A DNA stretch of 64,000 nucleotides, from IMG/VR virus record IMGVR_UViG_3300028829_005735, positions 1 through 64,000 of that record. One strand, written 5' to 3'. The position numbers and the translations under genes were made by a program. The stretch is from a virus. Shown here piece by piece: positions 19,227 through 27,370 of this stretch (positions are counted from its first letter, which is position 1; each line of letters begins with the position of its first letter). The notes below the pieces were generated by a model. It was not told the origin of the DNA. It worked only from the letters and a program-made list of their open reading frames with translations, and searched no databases.

Positions 19227-20223
19227 ATGAATCAAGCAGAAAGTATTGAACTATTCTTTCAAGAAGGAAGTTCTGATAAAGTCTATCAGGCAGAGTTAAA
19301 ACAAGAAGGTGACGGATGGGTTGTCAACTTTGCATACGGCAGGAGAGGAAACACTCTCACTACAGGATGTAAGACATGTGATCCACTTCCCTATGAGAAG
19401 GCTAAGAAATCCTACGATTCTTTAGTGAAATCAAAAACAGCCAAGGGTTATAAACCTAATGGTGTATCTGGTACAATTAATACTGTAGCTGATGATAAAG
19501 AAGACTTAGGTATTCGACCTCAGTTACTCAATGAGCTTACTGAAAAAGAAGCAGTAGCTTATATCAATGATTCTGAATACTGCATGCAAGAAAAGTATGA
19601 CGGTAAACGTAGAGGAATTGAGGTAACTCCAAATGCAGGAAACCCTGTCATAAGAGGTGCTAATAAAAAAGGATTTGAAGTTGCGTTAACCAATGAAGTG
19701 ATTGGTGCGTGTGCTAAAATTCCATTCCCTCAAATCCTTGACGGTGAAGACATGGGAGATAGGATTATGATATTCGATGACATCCGTGCAGGAGAACTTC
19801 CGTACATGGATAGATATATCATTATCAAAGCACACCTAAAAGATAATCCAATCTTACAAGTTGTTGAAACGGCTTGGACTACTGAGGAGAAACGTGAGAT
19901 GTACAATCGTCTTAAAAGTGAGAGAGCTGAAGGAGTTGTGTTCAAGAATATGAATGCAACATATACACCAGGAAGGCCTGCCTCGGGAGGTGACCAATTC
20001 AAATGTAAGTTCTATGATGAAGCTTCATGTATGGTAGCCTCAGTTAGTGATGTAAAAATATCCTAACTCACCTAAAGTTGAAGTAGGTGACATAGTGGAG
20101 ATAAAGTATCTTTACTACAATGAAGGAGGTTCATTGTATCAACCGGTACTGAAAGAAGTACGGGATGATGTCGATGCCGATGAATGTACATTGGCTAAAC
20201 TCAAGAGAAAGAAAGATGAATAA
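19227..20223 (+). pseudogene. WGR-domain ATP-dependent DNA ligase, frameshifted (N-part 19227-20066; OB C-terminus in +1 frame 20059-20223)
   Basis: WGR (EGSSDKVY, YGRRG), motif I EKYDG, LDGE, EGVVFK, KCKF; the +1 frame continues YPNSPKVEVGDIVEIKYLYYNEGGSLYQPVLKEVRDD. Confidence 0.8.
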
Positions 20224-20521
20224 CAGAGAAACAATGTTAACCAATATAATCCATGCACTAAATGAAAACGTGCATGGGTTATTAACGGGAAAAACTCACA
20301 GCATCATACATGATGAACGTGCCAACAGTGACCTACGGTTTGCTGCATATAAAGAATTAGGAGTTCTGACGGACAACGATGACGAGATGGAACGCATGCA
20401 TAGATTTTGGAATTCTCTTTTAGAGCAAGAAGGATTTGAATATGCAGAAAAGAAACACGAGCAGTTACTATCGGACTATCCTTCAGTAACTAGATTACTA
20501 ACCATAAATGTTTACTCATGA
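20216..20521 (+). CDS. hypothetical protein
   Basis: ATG 20216 (MNNRETML) overlaps the stop of the ligase C-terminal frame. Confidence 0.65.
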   Translation: MNNRETMLTNIIHALNENVHGLLTGKTHSIIHDERANSDLRFAAYKELGVLTDNDDEMERMHRFWNSLLEQEGFEYAEKKHEQLLSDYPSVTRLLTINVYS

Positions 20522-20715
20522 AAGAAGGAACTGAATTGAAGGAAGGGCAACAAGCAATAGCTATAATAGATTTATCTACAAGCACATTGCACATACTCAA
20601 TGTACCTGACGAATGGGACGCAGAGAAAACAGAAGACTGGCTAGGTGAACAAGGCTACCATTTATCTAATTGTTCATGGGGAGCATTTGACGGGGTAATA
20701 AATGATGGACGATAA
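20518..20715 (+). CDS. hypothetical protein
   Basis: 65-aa coupled ORF. Confidence 0.65.
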   Translation: MKEGTELKEGQQAIAIIDLSTSTLHILNVPDEWDAEKTEDWLGEQGYHLSNCSWGAFDGVINDGR

Positions 20716-20888
20716 TGGCTAAGAAACTTTATACGGCTGAACAGTTGAAGAAAAAATTCAAGGGACAGTTTATTCATACTAACCCTGTATATGATTACGA
20801 CAAAAAGGAATGGTTCTATGAAGTCCGTAGAACATCCAAGATTATTAGAGAGAATTGTAACCCTCCTGAAGAGGAGATAATAAATTAA
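20715..20888 (+). CDS. hypothetical microprotein (57 aa; not in ORF track)
   Basis: TAATG-coupled; MAKKLYTAEQLKKKFKGQF...EEEIIN*. Confidence 0.65.
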   Translation: MAKKLYTAEQLKKKFKGQFIHTNPVYDYDKKEWFYEVRRTSKIIRENCNPPEEEIIN

Positions 20889-20890
20889 AT

Positions 20891-21031
20891 ATGGCAGTAC
20901 CTTTAAGATGCCCTAATTGCGAAGACAACTTGGGCAAAGACGTAGAGAACCCAAACCCTGCATATTGTGGGAATTGTGGTGAAGATAATATAAATAACCC
21001 TCGTGGATATGACGAGGAAGAAGAAGATTAA
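20891..21031 (+). CDS. zinc-ribbon microprotein (46 aa; not in ORF track)
   Basis: MAVPLRCPNC...YCGNCG...YDEEEED*; two CxxC knuckles. Confidence 0.7.
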   Translation: MAVPLRCPNCEDNLGKDVENPNPAYCGNCGEDNINNPRGYDEEEED

Positions 21032-21033
21032 CT

Positions 21034-21279
21034 ATGGGACCAACCTCAAGATTTAATACTGAAAAAAAAATTAGAGACTCGCATGAAGCTTCTGAAAGAA
21101 GAAAAAAACTCTCCGAAGAAATAGAGATGCTTGTAAGTATTGCCTTTAATAATGAAGGTGCTTATGCATGGATACAAAGAGCTTTGAAGAAACATGGTAA
21201 AGAAATAGACGCTGATGATATAGCACGAGCTATAGAACCAGCAGCGACAAAAGCCGTGTTAGAACTAATAGAAGATTGA
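21034..21279 (+). CDS. hypothetical protein
   Basis: 81-aa ORF in a tightly packed operon. Confidence 0.6.
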   Translation: MGPTSRFNTEKKIRDSHEASERRKKLSEEIEMLVSIAFNNEGAYAWIQRALKKHGKEIDADDIARAIEPAATKAVLELIED

Positions 21280-21501
21280 ATGAAATCAGCATCTGAACTT
21301 TACGAAGAGTGGGCAAAAACATTTCCTATATGGTGGGATTACTATTGTAGCAACCTGCAATTCAAATACCCACACACAAGAGTAACTCCTCATAGCCCTC
21401 ACAGTTTTGAAGATTTCAAAACCAAGAGGCATATACAGACGGGAATGTTATTAATTGACGATTGGGTCTGGAGATGGCCCGAAAGATTTGAAAACTTATG
21501 A
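21280..21501 (+). CDS. hypothetical Trp-rich protein
   Basis: 73-aa ORF, ATGA-coupled to the next gene. Confidence 0.6.
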   Translation: MKSASELYEEWAKTFPIWWDYYCSNLQFKYPHTRVTPHSPHSFEDFKTKRHIQTGMLLIDDWVWRWPERFENL

Positions 21502-22361
21502 CAACAGTAAATAGCTTATCAGGAGGCAAGACCTCATCCTACTTAGCAGTACATTACCCGGCAGACATTGAAATGTTTGCTGTGGTATGTATTGATGACC
21601 ACAATGCTAACGGAGGATATTGGAGAAAAAATAAGAAACTCTTACAAAGGGTTCAAGATAAATTGGAGAAGACATCTCCTCACTGGCCAGAATTTTTGGC
21701 AACGGCAGAGGATCCACAAACATTGATTACAATGCTTGAGCTTGAACAGATGACAGGTCGTGAAATTACTTGGGTACGTGGTGTAGGTTTTGAAAGTCTC
21801 ATCCAAGAAGTTAAACGTTGTCTACCTAACATCTCTATGAGATGGTGTACAGAGTTTATGAAAATCATTCCTATGTTCGAACATATTTATATGTACCACG
21901 AGCTTCCTATAGACATGAGAATAGGATTTAGGTATGATGAAGCTGAACGTGCAGAAGATTTAGCAACTACAATCAGTTTCCCTATTAGTTGTAACAACTA
22001 TGGTACAGGGCAACAGAAGTGGGTACATGACTTTGAGTACAGAACTCTATCCTATCCTCTCATAAAAGATAAGATAATGCGTCCTATGGTAAATAAATTT
22101 TGGGATAAACATCCAGAGGTATCATTCCCTGAAGATACAGGTTGTCAAATCTGTTTTTGGAAACATCCTCAACAAATTAAATTAAACTATGAACGTCCGG
22201 AATCTAAATCTATTATTGAATGGGCAAACATCATGGAAGTTATGATGGGTAATCGATTCAAGAAAGAGATATCTATGGCAGCTGCTAGAGATATAGGAGT
22301 TCAAATGGATTTCTTTGGTGGAACAGGACCAGGTTGTAAAGCAGGAATATGTGGTATATAA
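21498..22361 (+). CDS. PAPS-reductase-like (PP-loop/HUP) Fe-S protein
   Basis: SLSGGKTS PP-loop, RWCT, IGFRYDE, YPLI, GCQICF, C-terminal GCKAGICG. Confidence 0.8.
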   Translation: MTTVNSLSGGKTSSYLAVHYPADIEMFAVVCIDDHNANGGYWRKNKKLLQRVQDKLEKTSPHWPEFLATAEDPQTLITMLELEQMTGREITWVRGVGFESLIQEVKRCLPNISMRWCTEFMKIIPMFEHIYMYHELPIDMRIGFRYDEAERAEDLATTISFPISCNNYGTGQQKWVHDFEYRTLSYPLIKDKIMRPMVNKFWDKHPEVSFPEDTGCQICFWKHPQQIKLNYERPESKSIIEWANIMEVMMGNRFKKEISMAAARDIGVQMDFFGGTGPGCKAGICGI

Positions 22362-22457
22362 TAGGATGGCTACTCTTATGGGGATTTTGTCACCTGATCT
22401 ACAAAGGTCAGAAGGCAAACCTCAAAAGAGAAAGCGAGGCTAATGAAAAAATAGCTT

Positions 22458-23318
22458 ATGATAAAATGCGTAACACGAAAAAGTTTCAAAATAAGAGAAT
22501 CCGGAAGGAGTAGTGATTACATTGCTCCTTCTTTTGGGTATGGCTGTTTATTTAACTGCAGCTATTGCTATATGAAAAGGCATAAACCTACAGGTTTAGA
22601 TTATGCTACAAATATTGAGCAAATACTTACAGAGATAAATTCTCATGTAGCTTTTGCAGATGTAAGCAAGCCTAATCAAACTCACAAAGAATTCATAACA
22701 TACGACATCAGTTGTAATGAAGACTTTGCTTTGCATAGCAAGTATTATAATTGGGAAAAGATATTCGACTTCTTTAAACACCATGATAAAGCAATGGCTA
22801 CACTTGCAACAAAGCATGTTCCAAAAAACTTTCTAAACTATAACGCTAATAAAAAAGTTCGTATAAGATTTAGCTTAATGCCCGAAAGATTAAGACAATT
22901 AGTGGAACCAAACACTTCATCTATTTTAAATCGTATTCAAGCAATTAATGACTTTATAGGATCAGGTTATGATGTTCATATAAACTTTTCCCCTGTAATT
23001 GTATACGAAGGTTGGCTGGATGATTATCAAGAACTGTTTGCATTAATCAATAGTATAGTAAAAGCCGAGTATAAAACACAAGTATTAGCTGAAGTCATAT
23101 TTCTCACTCACAACAGAAAAAAGCATGAATATAATTTAGCTAATAATATACCAGGAGAAAGTTTACTTTGGAATTTAAAAATTCAAGAAGATAAAGTATC
23201 TTCATATGGAGGTTCTAACCTCAGATACAAGCATCCTATTAAAAAAGGTTACATAGAAAAATGGACTAAACTCCATGACTCTATTATCCCTTGGAATAGC
23301 ATAAGATATATATTTTAA
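22458..23318 (+). CDS. splB: spore photoproduct lyase-like radical SAM protein
   Basis: GCLFNCSYCYM CxxxCxxC, DISCNED, ATK, RIRFSLMP, HINFSPVI, EVIFLTHN, LRYK. Confidence 0.85.
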   Translation: MIKCVTRKSFKIRESGRSSDYIAPSFGYGCLFNCSYCYMKRHKPTGLDYATNIEQILTEINSHVAFADVSKPNQTHKEFITYDISCNEDFALHSKYYNWEKIFDFFKHHDKAMATLATKHVPKNFLNYNANKKVRIRFSLMPERLRQLVEPNTSSILNRIQAINDFIGSGYDVHINFSPVIVYEGWLDDYQELFALINSIVKAEYKTQVLAEVIFLTHNRKKHEYNLANNIPGESLLWNLKIQEDKVSSYGGSNLRYKHPIKKGYIEKWTKLHDSIIPWNSIRYIF

Positions 23319-23328
23319 AGTTAAACTC

Positions 23329-23505
23329 ATGACACAAGAAGAAAGAAAAGAAATTGAAGAAACAATAGCCTCGTTAGAATCAAAGCTAACGGGGGACATG
23401 TTTCAGGACATGAACCTTAAAGATGAGATTCATAACCTGCAGATGAAATTAGACGGAACTAAACCAACAGATAGTCACATTGACTGTATTGGGTGCGGTT
23501 CATAA
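23329..23505 (+). CDS. 58-aa microprotein ending DCIGCGS (not in ORF track)
   Basis: MTQEERKEIEETIASLESKLTGDMFQDMNLKDEIHNLQMKLDGTKPTDSHIDCIGCGS*. Confidence 0.8.
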   Translation: MTQEERKEIEETIASLESKLTGDMFQDMNLKDEIHNLQMKLDGTKPTDSHIDCIGCGS

Positions 23506-23514
23506 ATCATACTT

Positions 23515-23670
23515 ATGGAAAAAATTGTACAAAGGATTTACGTTAAGATAAATCCAAAGACTCAGAAAGTAATGATTTCATGTACACTAGACGAAGGATA
23601 CCATGCTCTTTATGTAGCAAACTATCCTGCAGACCAAGAACAATTGAAAAAAGATTACGAAGGTAAATGA
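23515..23670 (+). CDS. hypothetical microprotein (51 aa; not in ORF track)
   Basis: MEKIVQRIYVK...YEGK*, ATGA-coupled to 23667. Confidence 0.6.
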   Translation: MEKIVQRIYVKINPKTQKVMISCTLDEGYHALYVANYPADQEQLKKDYEGK

Positions 23671-23891
23671 GTCGAATACTTATAGAATACTTACCAGCCA
23701 TATCCGAGAGAGGTATGGAAGTAATACAAGAAAATATAACTCCTGCTTTTACAAGTTCCGATGGAGATGCTAATCAATACGATTTGCAATATGTACTATC
23801 GGATGCAGGAAGTGATCTCCCTCATAACGATAGGGAGTATCTAGCAGGAATAGCCAATGAGGAAGTTCCTGTTCAATACATAGAATTCTAG
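23667..23891 (+). CDS. acidic hypothetical protein
   Basis: 74-aa coupled ORF. Confidence 0.6.
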   Translation: MSRILIEYLPAISERGMEVIQENITPAFTSSDGDANQYDLQYVLSDAGSDLPHNDREYLAGIANEEVPVQYIEF

Positions 23892-23935
23892 CCTATGGAT
23901 AAAGAAAAAAGAATAGAAATTCAAAATAAAAAGGA

Positions 23936-24181
23936 ATGATAAAAGACGAATTAGCAAATCCCACCGTAGAAGAACAACCTACAATGCAAGCCCCACCACC
24001 AATTGTATCGGGAGGGCTTACAAAATACGAACACTTTCTAGGTCTTGCGTTTCAAGGTGTAATAGCCTCACAACCAAGAGCTGGATATATTGAGCCTCGG
24101 AAAGCTGCAGAGATGGCAATGCAGTACACCGATGAATTATTTAATGCCGTCAATCATTTACCGATGCAATCAAATGGATAA
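23936..24181 (+). CDS. phage small protein of the GLT(K/L)RxxFAxxAMQG family
   Basis: GLTKYEHFLGLAFQGVIAS...AAEMAMQYTDEL. Confidence 0.65.
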   Translation: MIKDELANPTVEEQPTMQAPPPIVSGGLTKYEHFLGLAFQGVIASQPRAGYIEPRKAAEMAMQYTDELFNAVNHLPMQSNG

Positions 24182-24788
24182 AGAAACATGGAGAGCCGTA
24201 GTTGGATACGAAGGGCTTTATGAAGTGTCATCCTATGGAAAATTAAAAAGATTGGCAGGATACTCTAAACGAATACGGTATTCAAAAACAAAAGGTCATA
24301 GATTTAAAGATGATGAAATTTATCATCCTGAAATTATATTTAAACTACACCTAAGCAAAAAAGGTTATGTGAAAGGTCAACTGTTTAAGCATGACGGAGA
24401 ACGAATGAAACAAAAAGCTATAGTACTACATAGACTTGTAGCAGAAGCTTTTATTGGTTCGGCACCAGAAGGTAAGCCTCAAGTGAATCACATAGATGGT
24501 GTAAAGACTAATAACTATTACAAAAATCTTGAATGGTGTAGTAATGCAGAAAATCAACGTCATGCTATTGCTATGGGATTAGTTCCCGATAGACCAAAAG
24601 GTTACGACAATCACCAAAGCAAAGAGATTAATCAAATTGATTTAGCTACGGGAAAAGTAATCAAGTCATTCGGCTCACTTGCCGAAGCGGAAAGAATCAC
24701 AGGTATACATCGACCTAATATTAAAAAGGTGTGCCAAAATAAACGATTGTCTGCAGGGGGGTACTCGTGGGAGTACGTAAACAAGTAG
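24174..24788 (+). CDS. free-standing NUMOD4-HNH-NUMOD1 homing endonuclease
   Basis: ETWRAVVGYEGLYEVSSYG (NUMOD4), HRLVAEAF..VNHIDGVKTNN..NLEW (HNH), FGSLAEAERITG (NUMOD1). Confidence 0.92.
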   Translation: MDKETWRAVVGYEGLYEVSSYGKLKRLAGYSKRIRYSKTKGHRFKDDEIYHPEIIFKLHLSKKGYVKGQLFKHDGERMKQKAIVLHRLVAEAFIGSAPEGKPQVNHIDGVKTNNYYKNLEWCSNAENQRHAIAMGLVPDRPKGYDNHQSKEINQIDLATGKVIKSFGSLAEAERITGIHRPNIKKVCQNKRLSAGGYSWEYVNK

Positions 24789-24815
24789 TTACTATCATCG
24801 AACACAACACTAATT

Positions 24816-25427
24816 ATGGAACAAAAACTTATCAAATTAGACAGTAAACAAACGTATCAGTTTGAGCTCAAGACAGCCAAGGAACTTGGCATCACAATTA
24901 AGAACGTCAAGTTCTTTAGTGGTCATGACGGCATGGCAGGAATCAATGCAGACCTTTATTACAACAATAAGAAGTTTGCTTCTGCATATGACGATGCTCG
25001 TGGTGGAGAGATGGATGTTCGTCCATCTGACTATGAGAACACAACCGTATCAACGTTTCATGAAGTTGAAACAAAGCTTCGGGCAACATCAAAGTATATC
25101 CATGTACATACTCATGCTCCAGACGGTAAACCTTATGGTGGTAAACCATTTGAGATGGAGTCTCAGGTAGACCTTGCATCGTTAGTAGATGCATTGGCTC
25201 GTCATAAGGAGGAATTAAAGGAGGCTAAAAAAGGTATTCAGTATACAACTAAGGATGGAGACTATTATCATCATTGGGGAATGAGTATACCTGCCTTAAT
25301 GAAGAAGCATCCTAAAACAGCCCTAGCGAGTATACAAAGACGATACGATGAGCTATCGGCAAAGTATCCGATTAGAAATACTGAATACTTATCTAGTATC
25401 GGTATTAGGGTACACAATCTATTATGA
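24816..25427 (+). CDS. conserved phage hypothetical protein
   Basis: IKNVKFFSGHDG..NADLYYN..YDDARGG motif; 203 aa. Confidence 0.75.
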   Translation: MEQKLIKLDSKQTYQFELKTAKELGITIKNVKFFSGHDGMAGINADLYYNNKKFASAYDDARGGEMDVRPSDYENTTVSTFHEVETKLRATSKYIHVHTHAPDGKPYGGKPFEMESQVDLASLVDALARHKEELKEAKKGIQYTTKDGDYYHHWGMSIPALMKKHPKTALASIQRRYDELSAKYPIRNTEYLSSIGIRVHNLL

Positions 25428-25651
25428 CCGAAGCAGAATTTGCAGAAGATGTTGTCATGGAGCTGAAACGATGCTCCTTGATGACATATGTTCTGACTAA
25501 AAAGAATTACCGTAAACTTAAACGGTACTTCTTGAAGAAAGCTAAAAAGCACCTTGATTGGGATAAGTGGCAACGTCGAAATGAATTCGATAGATTCTGC
25601 CGAGCATTTAATGTAAAGATTAGCAATGGGACAAAACCAAAAGAAAGATGA
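25424..25651 (+). CDS. basic hypothetical protein
   Basis: 75-aa ATGA-coupled ORF. Confidence 0.55.
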   Translation: MTEAEFAEDVVMELKRCSLMTYVLTKKNYRKLKRYFLKKAKKHLDWDKWQRRNEFDRFCRAFNVKISNGTKPKER

Positions 25652-25859
25652 AAATTGGCACTCCGATAAGTGGATAACTAAAGAATCGTTTAGTGAATTA
25701 GAACCAGGCGATAGATTAAAAGTTAGACGTATGAAAGGAACTGCCATTGTGCAACAGCTACCCTCTAAGGATGACGACATTTCTGTTACATTCAAAGATG
25801 GTCCGTGGGATGGTAGATCATTAAAACTCATCCGTAACCAAATATCTAAAATACTTTAA
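25626..25859 (+). CDS. hypothetical protein (SH3/KOW-like)
   Basis: LEPGDRLKV...GTAIV...VTFKDG pattern. Confidence 0.55.
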   Translation: MGQNQKKDENWHSDKWITKESFSELEPGDRLKVRRMKGTAIVQQLPSKDDDISVTFKDGPWDGRSLKLIRNQISKIL

Positions 25860-25861
25860 TT

Positions 25862-26302
25862 ATGATTTTAATCGACATAAAAAAATTACACTGTATAGCC
25901 GGAACTTCCGACAAATTGTACATTGTAAGACTATACGAAAATCCACAAACAAGAGCGTATGAAGTACACTCTGAATATGGTAGACGAGGACGGGCTATGA
26001 CTGTTAATCCACCGAAAGTATACACTAAGGTAAATCAGGCACGTACTCAATTTACCAGCATTTGTAATAGTAAAATGCGAAAGAATTACCAAGATATTAC
26101 TCAACCGGGTGATATGGAAAGCAGGTTCAATAAAGCTTATGTTAAGCAACTGGAAACCGAAGCTGCTGTTTTATGTGCTGAAGGTTCACTAGAACGTAAA
26201 CAGTATACGACCATAAAAGGTATGTTAGCATCTGGAGATGAACCATCTCAAATATTAGCCGAGGAGATGATCAAAGCTAAAAACGAAAAACTAGCAGCAT
26301 GA
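25862..26302 (+). CDS. WGR-domain protein with C-terminal helical module
   Basis: AGTSDKLY, YGRRG, K.RKNY; C-terminal YTTIKGMLASGDEPSQILAEEM. Confidence 0.8.
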   Translation: MILIDIKKLHCIAGTSDKLYIVRLYENPQTRAYEVHSEYGRRGRAMTVNPPKVYTKVNQARTQFTSICNSKMRKNYQDITQPGDMESRFNKAYVKQLETEAAVLCAEGSLERKQYTTIKGMLASGDEPSQILAEEMIKAKNEKLAA

Positions 26303-26643
26303 GGGTAATAACATTTGAGTGCTCAGATAAAGTGCATGTATATATGGACGGGTGTGGTTTACGACCTGCCCGACCATATTATACCCATCAATCAATTGAG
26401 GATGCGAAACAAGCCTTAATTAATACACAAGACGTAGAGAATCCTCAGCTTGAGGTCAACGGTACGTTATATGTTTGTAAAGAATGTGGAACCGATAACG
26501 TTGGTACTACACGTTTTGTAAATCCCAACGAAAATGAAGTTCTAGACCATTTTCATGGTACCGATTTAAACTGGTGCTTTGGAAACTGTAAGGATGAAAC
26601 AACATTGGTTGACAGCATTGATTATGTGGAGAAAATTCATTAA
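26299..26643 (+). CDS. hypothetical protein with zinc ribbon
   Basis: VCKECG...WCFGNC. Confidence 0.65.
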   Translation: MRVITFECSDKVHVYMDGCGLRPARPYYTHQSIEDAKQALINTQDVENPQLEVNGTLYVCKECGTDNVGTTRFVNPNENEVLDHFHGTDLNWCFGNCKDETTLVDSIDYVEKIH

Positions 26644-26647
26644 CTTC

Positions 26648-26794
26648 ATGGGCTTATTATTTATGACAGGACTACTCATAGCTTTTGTTATGTGGTGCTT
26701 CATTACTGGGTTTCCACCAAAAGAAAAGGTAGATCCCGGATATAAAATTGCTCCAACCGAAAAGGAGCTTAGAGAAATAGAATTCGGGCCTTAG
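26648..26794 (+). CDS. small single-pass membrane protein
   Basis: MGLLFMTGLLIAFVMWCFITG hydrophobic N-terminus. Confidence 0.55.
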   Translation: MGLLFMTGLLIAFVMWCFITGFPPKEKVDPGYKIAPTEKELREIEFGP

Positions 26795-26814
26795 TAATCA
26801 TTTAAACCAACCAT

Positions 26815-27327
26815 ATGTATCTAAATTCATTTTACGTGCAAAAGAGCAAACTCATGCTCTATCCATTATTAAAATTCGGTCACGATGCTATCAGACCAAA
26901 GCAAACTTACATTGCATATAAAGATGAGTTTTCGTCGAAACATCCGAGCATTATATGTGCTTACGAAAGACAGAATGAGGAGAACTATTACGAGTTTCGT
27001 AATAAAATTGTATTCAATAACGAGTACTTTGTAAAACACATACGAGGTCTTGAATTTGACTATGCCGTATTTGACCTGAAGGAATACGGAGTAGACTACT
27101 TACATTTCCTAGAGGGTTCTTATTCCAAATTCAGTCCCGAGACTAAGCAGATAATTTTGGACTCATATAGTAAGACCACTATCGGTCCTATACTTGTGGA
27201 CACTCACTTAAACCCTGAGAAATATCACGAGTTATTTGCAAAGGAACTTAAGAGTGATGTTCAGACACTATCTGAAGTACACGAAACATTAAGTCCTCCG
27301 GATTTCGAAAAAGAAACATTAGCATAA
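26815..27327 (+). CDS. conserved phage hypothetical protein
   Basis: YVQKSKLMLYPLL...FLEGSYSKFS...PDFEKETL; last gene of the + arm. Confidence 0.8.
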   Translation: MYLNSFYVQKSKLMLYPLLKFGHDAIRPKQTYIAYKDEFSSKHPSIICAYERQNEENYYEFRNKIVFNNEYFVKHIRGLEFDYAVFDLKEYGVDYLHFLEGSYSKFSPETKQIILDSYSKTTIGPILVDTHLNPEKYHELFAKELKSDVQTLSEVHETLSPPDFEKETLA

Positions 27328-27361
27328 AATACGGGAACCTTCGGGTTCCCTATTTTTTTTT
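27326..27361. terminator. bidirectional intrinsic terminator at the convergence of the two arms
   Basis: AAAATAC-GGGAACC-TTCG-GGTTCCC-TATTTTTTTTT (cUUCGg tetraloop). Confidence 0.9.
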
Positions 27362-27370
27362 CTTCCGATT

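Noticed and set aside
22366-22443. 25-aa ORF MATLMGILSPDLQRSEGKPQKRKRG between the PAPS-reductase-like and SplB-like genes
   Set aside because: Too short and motif-free to support; may be a remnant
24174-24788. HNH gene as part of a group I intron
   Set aside because: The flanking ORFs look complete and unrelated; no split gene or intron core is visible
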